Assembly: GCA_963702475.1 (NCBI GenBank) | Contig: CAVPCT010000005.1 | Location: forward strand, 128,001-192,000 | DNA: 64,000 nt | Source: an uncultured Thermoleophilia bacterium | GTDB lineage: Bacteria > Actinomycetota > Thermoleophilia > UBA2241 | Direction: 5' to 3' | Shown here: piece by piece, positions 31,629 through 46,546 of the stretch | Position numbering within the stretch: the stretch's first letter is position 1 | Layout of the letters: each line of letters starts with the position of its first letter | Notes under the pieces: model-generated | Databases searched by the model: none | What the model saw: the letters and a program-made list of their open reading frames with translations, nothing else | What the model was told of the DNA's origin: nothing | Translations under genes and position numbers: made by a program

Positions 31629-32875
31629 CTCACCAGGTGCAGGACGGCGCGGGCCAGGCGCTCGGAGTCGTGGCGCACCACCTGGCTCTGGGCGATCACC
31701 GGCGCGTGCTCCACCCGGACGCCCATGTCACGCATGCGGGCGGCGTCGACCACGACCGGCCGGGAACCCTGGCGCGCGTAGCTTTCCAGCAGCTCCTCCG
31801 AGACCGGCTCGTCGTTGACCAGGACCGCATCGATCACCCCGCTCAGCCCATGCCGCTGGAGGGCGTCGAGGTGGTCGGCCGTAGTGTAGTCGTCGGTCTC
31901 CCCGGCCTGCGTCATCACGTTGCACACGTACACCACCCAGGCGCGCGTGCTGAGCAGGGCGTCGCGGATCTCCGGGATGAGGATGTTCGGGATGACGGAC
32001 GTGTACAGGCTGCCGGGACCGAGGACGACGAGGTCGGCGCCGGCGATGGCGGAGACCGCCTGCGGCAGGGCGCGCGGCGGGTCGGGCGTGAGCCACACCC
32101 GCCGCGGAAGCCGGTCGGCGGCCGTGACGGCGCTCTCTCCGCTCACGCGGCCGCCGCCCTCGAGCTGCGCGTGCAGCACCACGTCGTCGAGGGTTGACGG
32201 CAGAACGCGCCCGCGTACCTTGAGTACCTGTGTGGACTCCTGTACGGCCAGCTCGAAGTCGCCAGTGACCTCGGTCAGCGCCGCAATGAACAGGTTGCCG
32301 AAGCTGTGACCCTGGAGCCCGCCGTCCTCGGGGAACCGGTACTTGAACAGCCGGCTCATCACCGATTCGTCGTCGGCCAGTGCGACGAGGCAGTTGCGCA
32401 GATCGCCGGGCGGCGGCATGCCCATGTGCCGACGGAGCAGACCCGAGCTGCCGCCGTCGTCGGCCATGGTCACCACGGCGGTCAGGTTGCTGGTGTGCGT
32501 CTTCAGCCCGCGCAGCAGAGCGGCGAGGCCGTTGCCGCCGCCCACGGCGACCACGCGCGGCCCGCGCGCGAGCCGCGCTGCCGTGCGCATCTCGCCGACC
32601 GTCTCGGGGCTCGTTTGCTGGAACAGCCACACGCGACGCGCGCCCACGGCCAGCATGATCGCGCCGAAGAGCAGTCCGTCGAACGCGAGCAGCACGGCGG
32701 CCCAGTGTCGCCCCTCGAGCCAGCCCATGCCAAGCCCCTCCAACAAGGTGCCCGACCAGAACACGCCGACGGCGAACAGACCCGAGTACACGAGCAGCAG
32801 TCCGCCGGCGCAGGCCAGCAGGATCCAGCGTTTCAGCCCCAGCCCGGGGTACAGCCAGTCCAGCGGCTTCGACAT
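31625..32875 (-). CDS. yvcK: YvcK/GlmR/CuvA (UPF0052) family protein with N-terminal TM segments
   Basis: VGGGNGL, ADDGGSSG, PPGDLRN, GHSFGNL, GPGSLYTS. Confidence 0.92.
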   Translation of the reverse strand: MSKPLDWLYPGLGLKRWILLACAGGLLLVYSGLFAVGVFWSGTLLEGLGMGWLEGRHWAAVLLAFDGLLFGAIMLAVGARRVWLFQQTSPETVGEMRTAARLARGPRVVAVGGGNGLAALLRGLKTHTSNLTAVVTMADDGGSSGLLRRHMGMPPPGDLRNCLVALADDESVMSRLFKYRFPEDGGLQGHSFGNLFIAALTEVTGDFELAVQESTQVLKVRGRVLPSTLDDVVLHAQLEGGGRVSGESAVTAADRLPRRVWLTPDPPRALPQAVSAIAGADLVVLGPGSLYTSVIPNILIPEIRDALLSTRAWVVYVCNVMTQAGETDDYTTADHLDALQRHGLSGVIDAVLVNDEPVSEELLESYARQGSRPVVVDAARMRDMGVRVEHAPVIAQSQVVRHDSERLARAVLHLVR

Positions 32876-32984
32876 GAGCTACGTGCCGAAGCGCTGCGGA
32901 GAGAGCATCAGTCCGCCTCGCGCGGGGCCCTGCCGGGCCGCGAGTCGCTCGCTGGCGCTAAGGCTGCTGCGTCGCCTACGGGCA

Positions 32985-33854
32985 TCAGTCCCTCGTGAGG
33001 TCGCGGTGGCGGACGACGGTGTAGTACCCCTGCTTCTCGTACCGCTCGGCGATGGCCTGGGCGATAGTGACCGAGCGGTGCCGGCCGCCGGTGCATCCCA
33101 CTCCTATGGTGAGGTGCGCCTTGCCTTCTGCCGCGTAGCGCGGGAACAGGAAGTCGAGGAGTGGGAACAGGCGCTCCAGGTACTCGGCCGAGCCCGGAGA
33201 CTGCAGCACGAAGTCGCGCACCTCGGCGTCGAGGCCGGTGAGCGGCCGCAGGCGCAGGTCGTAGTGCGGGTTGGGCAGGAAGCGCACGTCGAACAGCAGG
33301 TCGGCGTCGATGGGGATCCCGTACTTGTAGCCGAACGACACGACGGCGAAGACGATGTTGGTGCGGCGCGTGTGCTGGATGAGGTCTTCGTTGAGGCGCG
33401 CCTTGAGCTGATGGATGGAGATGTCGCTGGTGTCGATCACCAGTTGGGCTCGCTCGCGCAGGCCGGCGAGAAGGTCGCGCTCCTTGCGGATGCCGTCGAT
33501 GACACTGCCGGCGCCGGCCAGAGGATGCCGCCGGCGCGTCTCTTTGAAGCGGCGCACGAGCGCCTCGTTGGACGCCTCCAGGAACACGAGCGTGTAGTCG
33601 ACGCCGCGCTCGTGCAGCTCGTCGAGCAGCGTCTCGAGGCGGCCGAAGTACTCGCCACCACGCACGTCGCTGACGACAGCCACCCGGTCGACCTTGCTGC
33701 CGCCCCGGCGGAACAGGTCGACGAGTGTGGGCACGAGCTCCGGCGGCAAGTTGTCGACGCAGAACCAGCCGGCGTCCTCGAACGAATCCATGGCCTGCGA
33801 CTTGCCGGCACCGGAGAGGCCGGTGATGATCACGAACTGCAGCGGCGACGTCAT
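32985..33854 (-). CDS. rapZ: RNase adapter RapZ/YvcJ
   Basis: TGLSGAGKS, VDNLP, SFGYKYGIP, DVRFLPNP, GCTGGRHRS. Confidence 0.95.
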   Translation of the reverse strand: MTSPLQFVIITGLSGAGKSQAMDSFEDAGWFCVDNLPPELVPTLVDLFRRGGSKVDRVAVVSDVRGGEYFGRLETLLDELHERGVDYTLVFLEASNEALVRRFKETRRRHPLAGAGSVIDGIRKERDLLAGLRERAQLVIDTSDISIHQLKARLNEDLIQHTRRTNIVFAVVSFGYKYGIPIDADLLFDVRFLPNPHYDLRLRPLTGLDAEVRDFVLQSPGSAEYLERLFPLLDFLFPRYAAEGKAHLTIGVGCTGGRHRSVTIAQAIAERYEKQGYYTVVRHRDLTRD

Positions 33855-34384
33855 GCCAGCCTGCCGTCCTCGACGGCGACGCCCTCCAGGCGCAGCAGCC
33901 GCTCCTTCCACGCCGGGTCGTCGCCGTACTGCCCCAGCCTGCCGTCGTTCCTGACGACGCGGTGACACGGCAGGATCACCGGCAGCGCGTTACGCGCCAT
34001 GGCCGAGCCGACGGCGCGGTAGGCGTTGGGGCGGCCGGCGGCGAGCGCGAGGTCGCGGTAGCTCACCGCCTCGCCGTACGGCACCTTGGCCAGCGCTTCG
34101 TACACGGCGAGCTCGAAGTCGGTGAAGCCGTGCACGGCGCCGTAGGCGTCCACGTCCGCGTCGAACGTCACACGCTCGCCGGCGAAATAGCGCTCGAGGT
34201 CGACCGTCCAGTGGCTGGTGCCGTGCGCTGCCGGCCGCATCGACCTCGCCGGCCTGGGGAGCTCAAGAGCGATGGGCAGCCCCTCGGCGAGCAGCAGGTG
34301 GCCCACGCCGAGCTCGCACACGAAGTGCTCTTCGGTGATCCGCCCGAGCCGGGCGAGCTCATCCGGTCTTATGGAGGTGCGCAT
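33851..34384 (-). CDS. ogt: Methylated-DNA--protein-cysteine methyltransferase
   Basis: VPYGEAVSY, RAVGSA, PCHRV active site; RBS GAGGGAG before the ATG at 34384. Confidence 0.88.
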   Translation of the reverse strand: MRTSIRPDELARLGRITEEHFVCELGVGHLLLAEGLPIALELPRPARSMRPAAHGTSHWTVDLERYFAGERVTFDADVDAYGAVHGFTDFELAVYEALAKVPYGEAVSYRDLALAAGRPNAYRAVGSAMARNALPVILPCHRVVRNDGRLGQYGDDPAWKERLLRLEGVAVEDGRLA

Positions 34385-36309
34385 AGATCTCCCTCGCCAC
34401 CTTGCGCGGCAGCCCCGGCACGCGCTCGAGCTCTTCCCGCGAAGCGGCGAGGAAGCGCTCGGGGCTGCCGAAGTGCTCCAAGATACGCCGCCTGCGCACG
34501 GGGCCGACCTGCGGGAGCTCGTCGAAGACGGGAGACGAGCGCAGGCCGGCGTCACGCCGCTGCCTATGGTACGTCACAGCGAAGCGGTGCGCCTCGTCGC
34601 GGATGCGCTGCAGCAGCAGGGAGCCGGGGTCGTCCGGCGGCAGCGGCAGCGGGTCGCGCCGGCCCGGTACGAACACCTCCTCGCGCTGTTTGGCCAGGCT
34701 GGCCAGCTCCACGTCCACGCCCGCCTCGCGCAGCGCCGCCGAAGCTGCTGAGAGCTGGCCCTTGCCGCCGTCGACCACGACGAGGTCGGGCAGCGTCGCG
34801 AAGCTCTCGTCGTAGGCGGCGTCCGCGGACGCCACCCCGGCGCCGTCGTGGCTCGCGCCGGGCCCAGCCCGGGTCTCGCCCCCGGCGTCGTCGCCCGACA
34901 GCGGACCGGCAGCGACCGCATCGCGGGCCCGCTCGAAGCGCCGCCGCAGCACCTGGTTCATCATCGCGAAGTCGTCCTGGCCCTCCACGTCGCGCAGCGC
35001 GAACTTGCGGTAGTGCGCCTTCTTGGGTACGCCGCCCTCGAAGACCACCATGGAGCCGACGACATGTCGCTCGCCGAGGTTGGAGATGTCGTAGCACTCG
35101 ATGCGCAGCGGCAGACCCTCGAGGCCGAGCGCGTCGCGCAGGCGCTCGAGCGCCTCGATCCGCGCCGACCTTGTGCGCGCGAGGCGCTCCACCTCCGCCT
35201 GCGCCGTCAGCTCGGCGTTGCGCTGGGCGAGCGCGAGCAGGCGGCGTTTGGGACCGCGCTTCGCGGCGCGGACGGTCACGCTCGCGCCGCGCCGCGCGGA
35301 AAGCACCGCTGCCGCACTCTCGGGCTCCGCGAGCGGCGCCACGATCTCGGGCGGGATCGCCGAGCCGTCCCAGTAGAGCTCCAGCAGGAACTCCTCGAGC
35401 ACGTCGGCAGCGTCGCGGCCCTCCGCGTTCTCCACGTAGAACGCCTGCCGGTCAACCACCGCCCCGTCGCGCACGCGGAACACCTGCGCGTTGGACCCCG
35501 GCTCACCCTGGTGCAGGCCGACAACGTCGAAGGCCTCGGTGTCGTCGATGCGCGCCGTCTGGCACTCGTGCACGTGGCGTACGGCGACGAGCCGGTCGCG
35601 CAGCAGCGCCGCCTTCTCGAACTCCTGAGCCTTGGCCGCGCCCGCCATCTCCCGCTCGATGTCGCGCTCGACCTCGGTGAGACACCCGCGGAGAAAGTCC
35701 ACCACCTGGGACACGACCTCCCCGTACTCCTGGTGCGAGCAGCGGCCGTCGCACGGGGCGATGGAGCGTTTGATGAAGTACTGCAGACAGGGCGAGCCGC
35801 TCGGCCTGCCGGGCTTCGGCCCCCTGCACTTGCGGTACGGGAAGATGCGGCCGATGAGGTCCGTGACCTCGCGCACCTTCTTCGCGCTCGAGTACGGCCC
35901 GAAGTACAGGTTCCCGGGCACGTGCCGCCCGCGGAAGAACCGCACACGCGGCCACTCGTCGTTCATCGTGATCTCGATGTACGGGTAGCTCTTGTCGTCG
36001 CGCAGGCGCAGGTTGTACGGCGGCCGCGCCTCCTTGATGAAGTTGTCCTCGAGGAGCAGGGCTTCGCTCTCGGACGCGGTGACGACCCAGTCGAGGTCGC
36101 GCGCCTGCGCCAGCATCTCGCCGGTGCGCCCGTGCGGGGTCCGCCCGCGGCGAGAAGTAGGACGACACGCGCTTGCGCAGGTCCTTGGCCTTGCCCACGT
36201 ACAGCACCTCGCCGCCTTCGCCGAGAAAGCGGTACACGCCGGGGTCGTGAGGGACGCGCGGCAACCGCGACTCGAGGCCGCCGCGGAAAGGTGAACTGGC
36301 TTCGGTCAT
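34359..36309 (-). CDS. uvrC: Excinuclease ABC subunit C, interrupted by a 1-nt frameshift near 36136-36139
   Basis: N-terminal GIY-YIG ([18 protein letters not shown]) is in one frame; the rest ([32 protein letters not shown], HhH) is in another. Confidence 0.9.
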
Positions 36310-36438
36310 CGCAGCGATTGTACTTCCCGCACGCACGACCCCGCTCACGACGGCGGCGGCGCGCCGATACGACTGTCAGCCGCATGCGCATACAGGGAGC
36401 CAGTCCTGAGCCAGGCAGGACTGCCGCCCCAGAAGCAG

Positions 36439-37263
36439 ATGACCGGGATGCTCGGCCACCCGGTCGCGGAGAACCCGATCGACCGCGTGTTCGACGCCGT
36501 CTACGCCCACTACGGCCTGCACTGGCAGCTCTGGAAGTGCGACGTGGCCGCCGCGGACCTGGGGGCGGCCATGGCCGGCACCAGGGCGCTCGGGTTCCGC
36601 GGCTACGGCATCACGGTGCCGTACACGATCGCCGCCATCCCCTTCCTCGACGGCATCGACGAGGACGCCACCGCCATCGACGCCGCCAACTGGGTGACCA
36701 ACGAGGACGGCCGCCTGGTCGGCCACAACAACGACGGCAAGGGCGTGGTGAGGGCCATCGACAAGGTGACGCCCATCGCCGGCACGCACGTGGCGATGAT
36801 GGGCGCCGGCGGGGCCGGCCGGGCCATGGCGGTCGAGCTCGGCCGGGCCGGCGCCGCGCACCTCACGGTCGTCACGCGGCGCGAAGAGCAGGGGCGCGAG
36901 GTGGCCGAGCTGGTACACGGGGAGGCCGGCATCCCCACCGCCTGGCAGCGGTGGGAGGGCGACGTCGTGGTGCTCGATGGCACGGAGATCCTCATGAACG
37001 CGACGCACCTGGGTTGTGCGCCCGCGTGCGAGCCTGTGCCGGTCGTCTGGGACAGCCCGGACCCGGCCGCGACCGCCGTAGACGTCATCACGAACCCCCG
37101 CATCACCCCGTTCCTGGCGACTGCGCGCGACAGGGGGTGCGCCGTCGTCGACGGCGTCGAGATGCTGGTGCAGCTGGCGATGCAGCTGTTCGGGACCTGG
37201 ACCGGCGTGACGCCGGCCGAGGAGGTGTTCCAGCGCGCGGTCGTCGAAGCGCTCGGCGAGTGA
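36439..37263 (+). CDS. Shikimate dehydrogenase-family oxidoreductase (divergent paralog)
   Basis: GHPV, AAN, GHNNDG, GAGGAGRA, NAT, DGVEMLV. Confidence 0.8.
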   Translation: MTGMLGHPVAENPIDRVFDAVYAHYGLHWQLWKCDVAAADLGAAMAGTRALGFRGYGITVPYTIAAIPFLDGIDEDATAIDAANWVTNEDGRLVGHNNDGKGVVRAIDKVTPIAGTHVAMMGAGGAGRAMAVELGRAGAAHLTVVTRREEQGREVAELVHGEAGIPTAWQRWEGDVVVLDGTEILMNATHLGCAPACEPVPVVWDSPDPAATAVDVITNPRITPFLATARDRGCAVVDGVEMLVQLAMQLFGTWTGVTPAEEVFQRAVVEALGE

Positions 37264-37333
37264 CGCGGGAGGCGCGCGCGGAGCGGTGCCGCCGGCGGCT
37301 CGCGCAGAGCGGGGCCCCCTGCGCTCGTCCGGC

Positions 37334-38368
37334 TCAGCCCCCCGGCTCGAGGAGCACCTTGAGACACGCGCCCGGCTGAGCTGCCGTGCGAAACGCCGCG
37401 CCGATCTCGTCGAGCGGGAACCGGTGCGTGATCATGTCGCTCACCTGCACAGCGCCGTGGGCCAGCAGATCGAGCGCCTGCCGGTTGTCGAGCGGAGCCG
37501 CGCCGTAGGACGTGGCCAGCGTGACCGAGTTGCGCCAGAACGGGTTGAAGTCCACCGCCAGCGCCTCGCCCGGTTTGCCGACCGCGAAGAAGAGCACCGT
37601 GCCGCCGCGGTCCACGCTGCGCAGCGCAGCCTCCGCGGCCGACTGCACGCCGGTGCAGACGATGACCTTGTCGGCCGGCCGCCCGGCGTGCTCGACCCAG
37701 CGCTCGGGCGCCTCCGGGCCGGCGAACAGGGCGACATCCGCACCTGCCGCCCGCGCCGCCTCGAGGCGGCTCTCGTCCACGTCGACGACGCCGACCGCGC
37801 CGGCCCCGAGCGCCCTGGCGAGCTTGACGAACAGGATGCCGGCGATGCCGGCCCCGTACACGAGCACGGTGTCGCCCGGCGCGAGGCCGGTGGTCCGCAG
37901 GCCGCGCACCACGGTCGCCAGCGGTTCGATGAAGGTGCCGGCCTCGTACGAGACCGTGTCGGGCAGCTTCAGGATGCCCGTTCGCACGCTGCGGCCCGAC
38001 ACGCGCAGGTACTCGGCGAACCCACCCGGCGTGAAGTTGTTGACCTCCTGCAGCGTGCGGCAGGCGGTCTCGTGGCCGCGCAGGCAGTACAGGCACTCGC
38101 CGCAGGGGACGTGGTGCGTGGCGAACACACGGTCGCCGGGCCGCAGCCACTCCACGTCGGCGCCGACCTCCACGACCTCACCCGTCACCTCGTGCCCCAG
38201 CACGAGCGGCGCCTTCTTGATGCGGTACCACTCCATGAGGTCGGAGCCACACACACCGCTGGCCGCGACCTTGAGGAGCACGTCGCCGGGCCCGACGCCG
38301 GGGACCTCCTGCTCCTCGACGCGGACGTCGGCGTTGCTGTGGTACATGCCGACCTTCATGCGCGTCAC
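37334..38368 (-). CDS. Zn-dependent medium-chain alcohol/polyol dehydrogenase
   Basis: CGSD, GHE, CGECLYC...C, GAGIAG, ITHRFPL. Confidence 0.9.
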   Translation of the reverse strand: MTRMKVGMYHSNADVRVEEQEVPGVGPGDVLLKVAASGVCGSDLMEWYRIKKAPLVLGHEVTGEVVEVGADVEWLRPGDRVFATHHVPCGECLYCLRGHETACRTLQEVNNFTPGGFAEYLRVSGRSVRTGILKLPDTVSYEAGTFIEPLATVVRGLRTTGLAPGDTVLVYGAGIAGILFVKLARALGAGAVGVVDVDESRLEAARAAGADVALFAGPEAPERWVEHAGRPADKVIVCTGVQSAAEAALRSVDRGGTVLFFAVGKPGEALAVDFNPFWRNSVTLATSYGAAPLDNRQALDLLAHGAVQVSDMITHRFPLDEIGAAFRTAAQPGACLKVLLEPGG

Positions 38369-39240
38369 GCGCCCTTCAACTCCTGGTAGAGCTCGTAGGC
38401 CTCCTTGGCCGTCGCATTCTCGTGCACGACCTTGCGCACCGCCTGGATCATCGCGACCGGCGCGTCCGACTGGAACACGTTGCGGCCCATGTCGACGCCG
38501 GAGGCGCCGCGGTCGATGGCGTCGCGCGCCATCTGCAGGGCGTCCAGCTCGGGGAGCTTCTTGCCGCCGGCCATGACGATGGGCACGGGACAGGCCGCGG
38601 TCACCTGCTCGAAGTCGTCCACGTAGTACGTCTTGACGATCGTCGCACCGAGCTCGGCGAGGATGCGCGTGGCGAGACCGATGTAGCGCGCGTCGCGGGT
38701 CATCTGGGTGCCGACCGCCGTGACGCCCAGCACGGGGATGCCGTAGCGGTTGCAGACATCGACCATGCTGGTCATGTTGATGACCGACTGCGTCTCGTGC
38801 TCGCCGCCGATGAAGACCTGCACCGCCACAGCGCTGGCGTTGAGACGGAGAGCCTCCTCCACGTCCATGGCCAGGTACTCATGGGAGAGGTCCTTGAGGA
38901 TCGAGGGACCGCCGGAGGCGCGCAGCACCACGGCGTCGGCCGTCTCGGGGTGGATGAGGGAGCGCAGCACGCCGCGCGTGCACATGAGCGCGTCAGAGTA
39001 GGGCACCAGCGGACGGATGGTGATGTCGACGCGCTCGAGGCCGGTGGTGGGTCCCTGGAAGTAACCGTGGTCGAAGGCCAGCATCACCGTGTTGCCGCTG
39101 GAGGGGTCGAAGATGCGCGAGAGGCGGTTCTTCATGCCCCAGTCGTAGTTCGCCGAGCCCTTGAGGAAGTAGCGATCGCACTCCTGGGGAGTGTCGAGGT
39201 AGTACTCTTTGGTCCTGCTGGAAAAGTCCTGCTCTGGCAT
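38365..39240 (-). CDS. lsrF: LsrF-type thiolase / class Ia aldolase family
   Basis: [50 protein letters not shown]. Confidence 0.9.
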   Translation of the reverse strand: MPEQDFSSRTKEYYLDTPQECDRYFLKGSANYDWGMKNRLSRIFDPSSGNTVMLAFDHGYFQGPTTGLERVDITIRPLVPYSDALMCTRGVLRSLIHPETADAVVLRASGGPSILKDLSHEYLAMDVEEALRLNASAVAVQVFIGGEHETQSVINMTSMVDVCNRYGIPVLGVTAVGTQMTRDARYIGLATRILAELGATIVKTYYVDDFEQVTAACPVPIVMAGGKKLPELDALQMARDAIDRGASGVDMGRNVFQSDAPVAMIQAVRKVVHENATAKEAYELYQELKGA

Positions 39241-39415
39241 GGTGAAGCCTCTCTCGGGACGCTAGACGTGGGGGACCGCGGCGGGGCGCCGAGGCCCCCG
39301 AGACTCTAGAGGCCGCCTTCGGCCCCCGTCAAGCTGCGGCCGGACCCACCCCGGCGGCTCCCGGGGCGGCGCTGCCGGGCGGGCCCGGCTGGGCGCACCG
39401 CGCGAGCCGACGGAG

Positions 39416-39730
39416 CTACCCGGCGATCCTGTCGAAGCGCCCGTCCAGACAGACGCTGACATCCGTCGTGACGAAGCTGCCGTCCCGGAAGAGGCTGAAG
39501 ACGGTGGCGGGCGTCGGGGCCGCCTGCGCCTGCGCCATGGTCTCCAGCTTGACCACCGTGAGCGGCAATCCACGCTTCGTCGCCGTGGCGACGAGAGACT
39601 GCCGGACATGGAAGTCCGTGTACGGACAGCGGTCGGAACAGTAGGCGACGAGACCATGCTTCTTGTCCGAGAATGCGCAGCAGATGTGCTCAGCAGCGAT
39701 GTTGTCCCGCGTCAGCGCCAGATACGCCAT
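39416..39730 (-). pseudogene. YoaP-family (GNAT-YoaP) gene with the central region apparently deleted
   Basis: N-terminal EHICCAFSDKK is joined directly to the C-terminal YoaP segment (RCPY...AQAAPTPATVFSLFRDG); only 104 aa. Confidence 0.6.
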
Positions 39731-39769
39731 GGCGGGACCTCCTGAGTCACCCGCGTCCCGAGTCTGTCT

Positions 39770-42631
<2,862 letters not shown>

Positions 42632-42794
42632 TGACTCGCTGTCCGTGGTTGGCGGTCCTCTAGTTTGACAGGTCTGGCGATCCGGCGCCGCCGGGCCCCG
42701 GGAGGTTACCGGAGACGGAGGACGGACCTGCCGCCGCCGCGGCGGAGGAGCGAGCAGACTGTCCCGGCGCGCCGCCCGGGCGTACCCTGAGCCG

Positions 42795-42953
42795 GTGGAC
42801 GAGCGGGACGCAGCGGACCCCGGGAAGGCCGGCGGCGAGGCACGAGGATCCGTGGCCTCCACGGGCTGCCTGGTCGTGGGCTTCGCCGTCCTGATCGCCG
42901 TGCTCGTGGTGGCGCCGGCCGCTCTGTGGGGCGCCGGCATCGCCTGCGGCTGA
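42795..42953 (+). CDS. Small 52-aa single-TM protein
   Basis: GTG...[58 protein letters not shown] with GC3-rich codons; TACCCT 6 nt upstream (leaderless-type). Confidence 0.5.
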   Translation: MDERDAADPGKAGGEARGSVASTGCLVVGFAVLIAVLVVAPAALWGAGIACG

Positions 42954-42969
42954 CCGGCGCCACCGAGCA

Positions 42970-43172
42970 GCATCGCGGTCGTACGGCTCGGCGTCGAACT
43001 CGATGGCGGCGAGGATCTCGTGTCCGGCGCAGGCGTGCTGGCGGATGACGTTGAGCTCGACCTCGGGGAGGCGCCCCGGCGTGGCGAGGATCTCGGCCGG
43101 CAACGCGATCTTGCCGATGTCGTGGATGAGGGCTGCGAGCGGGAGGCCCTCGACCTCGCCCTGCCGCAGGTC
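42970..43172 (-). pseudogene. HD-GYP phosphodiesterase fragment
   Basis: [24 protein letters not shown]...[12 protein letters not shown]; no start codon upstream of the HD motif and no GYP motif. Confidence 0.7.
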
Positions 43173-43830
43173 AGTCTATGAGGAGGAGGCCGGTCCAGCG
43201 CGGCGTGACGCCGGCAGGCACCTCCAGCTTGAGCCCGGCCGCCTCGGCCGTGGCGACCACGTCGATGCCCACGGCCTCCATGGACGGGCGCGCCTCGCCC
43301 GGCCGCCGGCACTGCTCGCCGGTGGCGCCGGCGCAGACCTCACAGAGCACGCAGTCGCCGCCGGCGAAGGCGGCGGCGAAGCGGTAGCCCATGCGGTACG
43401 CCTCGGCCTCGAGCGCTCCCATGAGCTCGGCGAAGCGGTTCTGGCTGGCGTGCAGGCGCTGCTCGTCAGAAGCGCCCGCGGGCGGCCCGGCGTCACCCTC
43501 GGGCGCCGACCGCGCCGGCGTGCCGGCGGCGTCCGCCGCCGGCTCGACGCCGGCCACGACCTCGTCCACCGCCGCCTGCGAGAGTGGGATGTCCTGCTGG
43601 ACCACGAGCGTGTCCGTGTAGCGCCTGAGCGCTCCGCGCGTCTCCGCGGGAGTGGGCACGTGCGGTGGGCACATGAGGTTCACGCCGTAGTGCCCGCAGA
43701 GCGGTACACGGCACTTGAGCGAGACGCGCTCGTCCACCACGACAGCCTGCGCGGGCAGCGGCGCCGCCGTGTCGGCGCCGAGAGCCCGCGCCCGCGAGAC
43801 GAGGTGTTGCAGGTGCAGTGCCTCAGCCAC
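43171..43830 (-). CDS. DUF2284 predicted metal-binding protein
   Basis: [36 protein letters not shown]. Confidence 0.8.
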   Translation of the reverse strand: MAEALHLQHLVSRARALGADTAAPLPAQAVVVDERVSLKCRVPLCGHYGVNLMCPPHVPTPAETRGALRRYTDTLVVQQDIPLSQAAVDEVVAGVEPAADAAGTPARSAPEGDAGPPAGASDEQRLHASQNRFAELMGALEAEAYRMGYRFAAAFAGGDCVLCEVCAGATGEQCRRPGEARPSMEAVGIDVVATAEAAGLKLEVPAGVTPRWTGLLLID

Positions 43831-43877
43831 TCCGGCCTCCTCCGCTCAGATCGTCCATCGGTCCTCCTCGAGCGGCC

Positions 43878-45890
<2,013 letters not shown>

Positions 45891-45899
45891 GATGCTGCT

Positions 45900-45928
45900 A
45901 CTCTAGGCACACGAACACATGTTCGCAA
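45900..45928 (-). promoter_or_regulatory. uvrB promoter with LexA (SOS/Cheo) box
   Basis: CGAACACATGTTCG at 45912-45925 matches CGAAC-N4-GTTCG and overlaps TTGCGA-17 nt-TAGAGT. Confidence 0.85.
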
Positions 45929-45943
45929 CAGCCGCGGCAGGCC

Positions 45944-46546
45944 TCACGAGGGCCGCGGCAGCCTGTCCCCGTAGGTGTGCCGGTACGCGGTGCGCGCCTC
46001 CAGCACACTACGCACGTACGCGCGCGTCTCCTCATAGGGGATGTCGCGGACGCGCAGGTCGTGACCGGCGCCGCGCGCCTCGTCGACCCACCCCTGGACG
46101 GCGCCGGCGCCCGCGTTGTAGGCGGCCACCGCAGCCACAAGGTCGCCGTCGAACTGGTCGAGGACCGCGCGCAGGTAGTAGGTACCGTAGCGTACGTTGA
46201 CCTCGGGGTCGCTGAGGTCGTCGGTCACGAAGTCCACGCCGCCGGTCTCGCCGGCGATCTGTTCCGCCGTCTCCGGCAACACCTGCATGAGGCCGACGGC
46301 CCCGTGTTCGGAGCGGGCACCCGGATCGAAACGGCTCTCGGCGTAGATGATCGCCGCCACCAGAGCCGGGTCCAGGTCGTTGTCGCGTGAGGACCCGCGG
46401 ATGGCGTCGTCGTACTGGAGCGGGTACACGGCGCGGTCGTACCAGCTGCCGGCGTCAGCGCCACGCACACCGAGCACCCAGAGGCCGCCGCCGACCACGC
46501 CGGCCACCAGGACCAGCAGCACCGCCGCGAAGACCAGGCGCCTCAC
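45944..46546 (-). CDS. Lytic transglycosylase (SLT domain), membrane anchored
   Basis: AIIYAESRF, GAVGLMQV, AAYNAG, ETRAYV. Confidence 0.9.
   Translation of the reverse strand: MRRLVFAAVLLVLVAGVVGGGLWVLGVRGADAGSWYDRAVYPLQYDDAIRGSSRDNDLDPALVAAIIYAESRFDPGARSEHGAVGLMQVLPETAEQIAGETGGVDFVTDDLSDPEVNVRYGTYYLRAVLDQFDGDLVAAVAAYNAGAGAVQGWVDEARGAGHDLRVRDIPYEETRAYVRSVLEARTAYRHTYGDRLPRPS

Noticed and set aside
42632-43312. Apparent N-terminal extension of UvrA (similar extensions on secG, rapZ, rpsA and the RND gene)
   Set aside because: Open-frame run-on in GC-rich DNA; homology begins at the downstream starts
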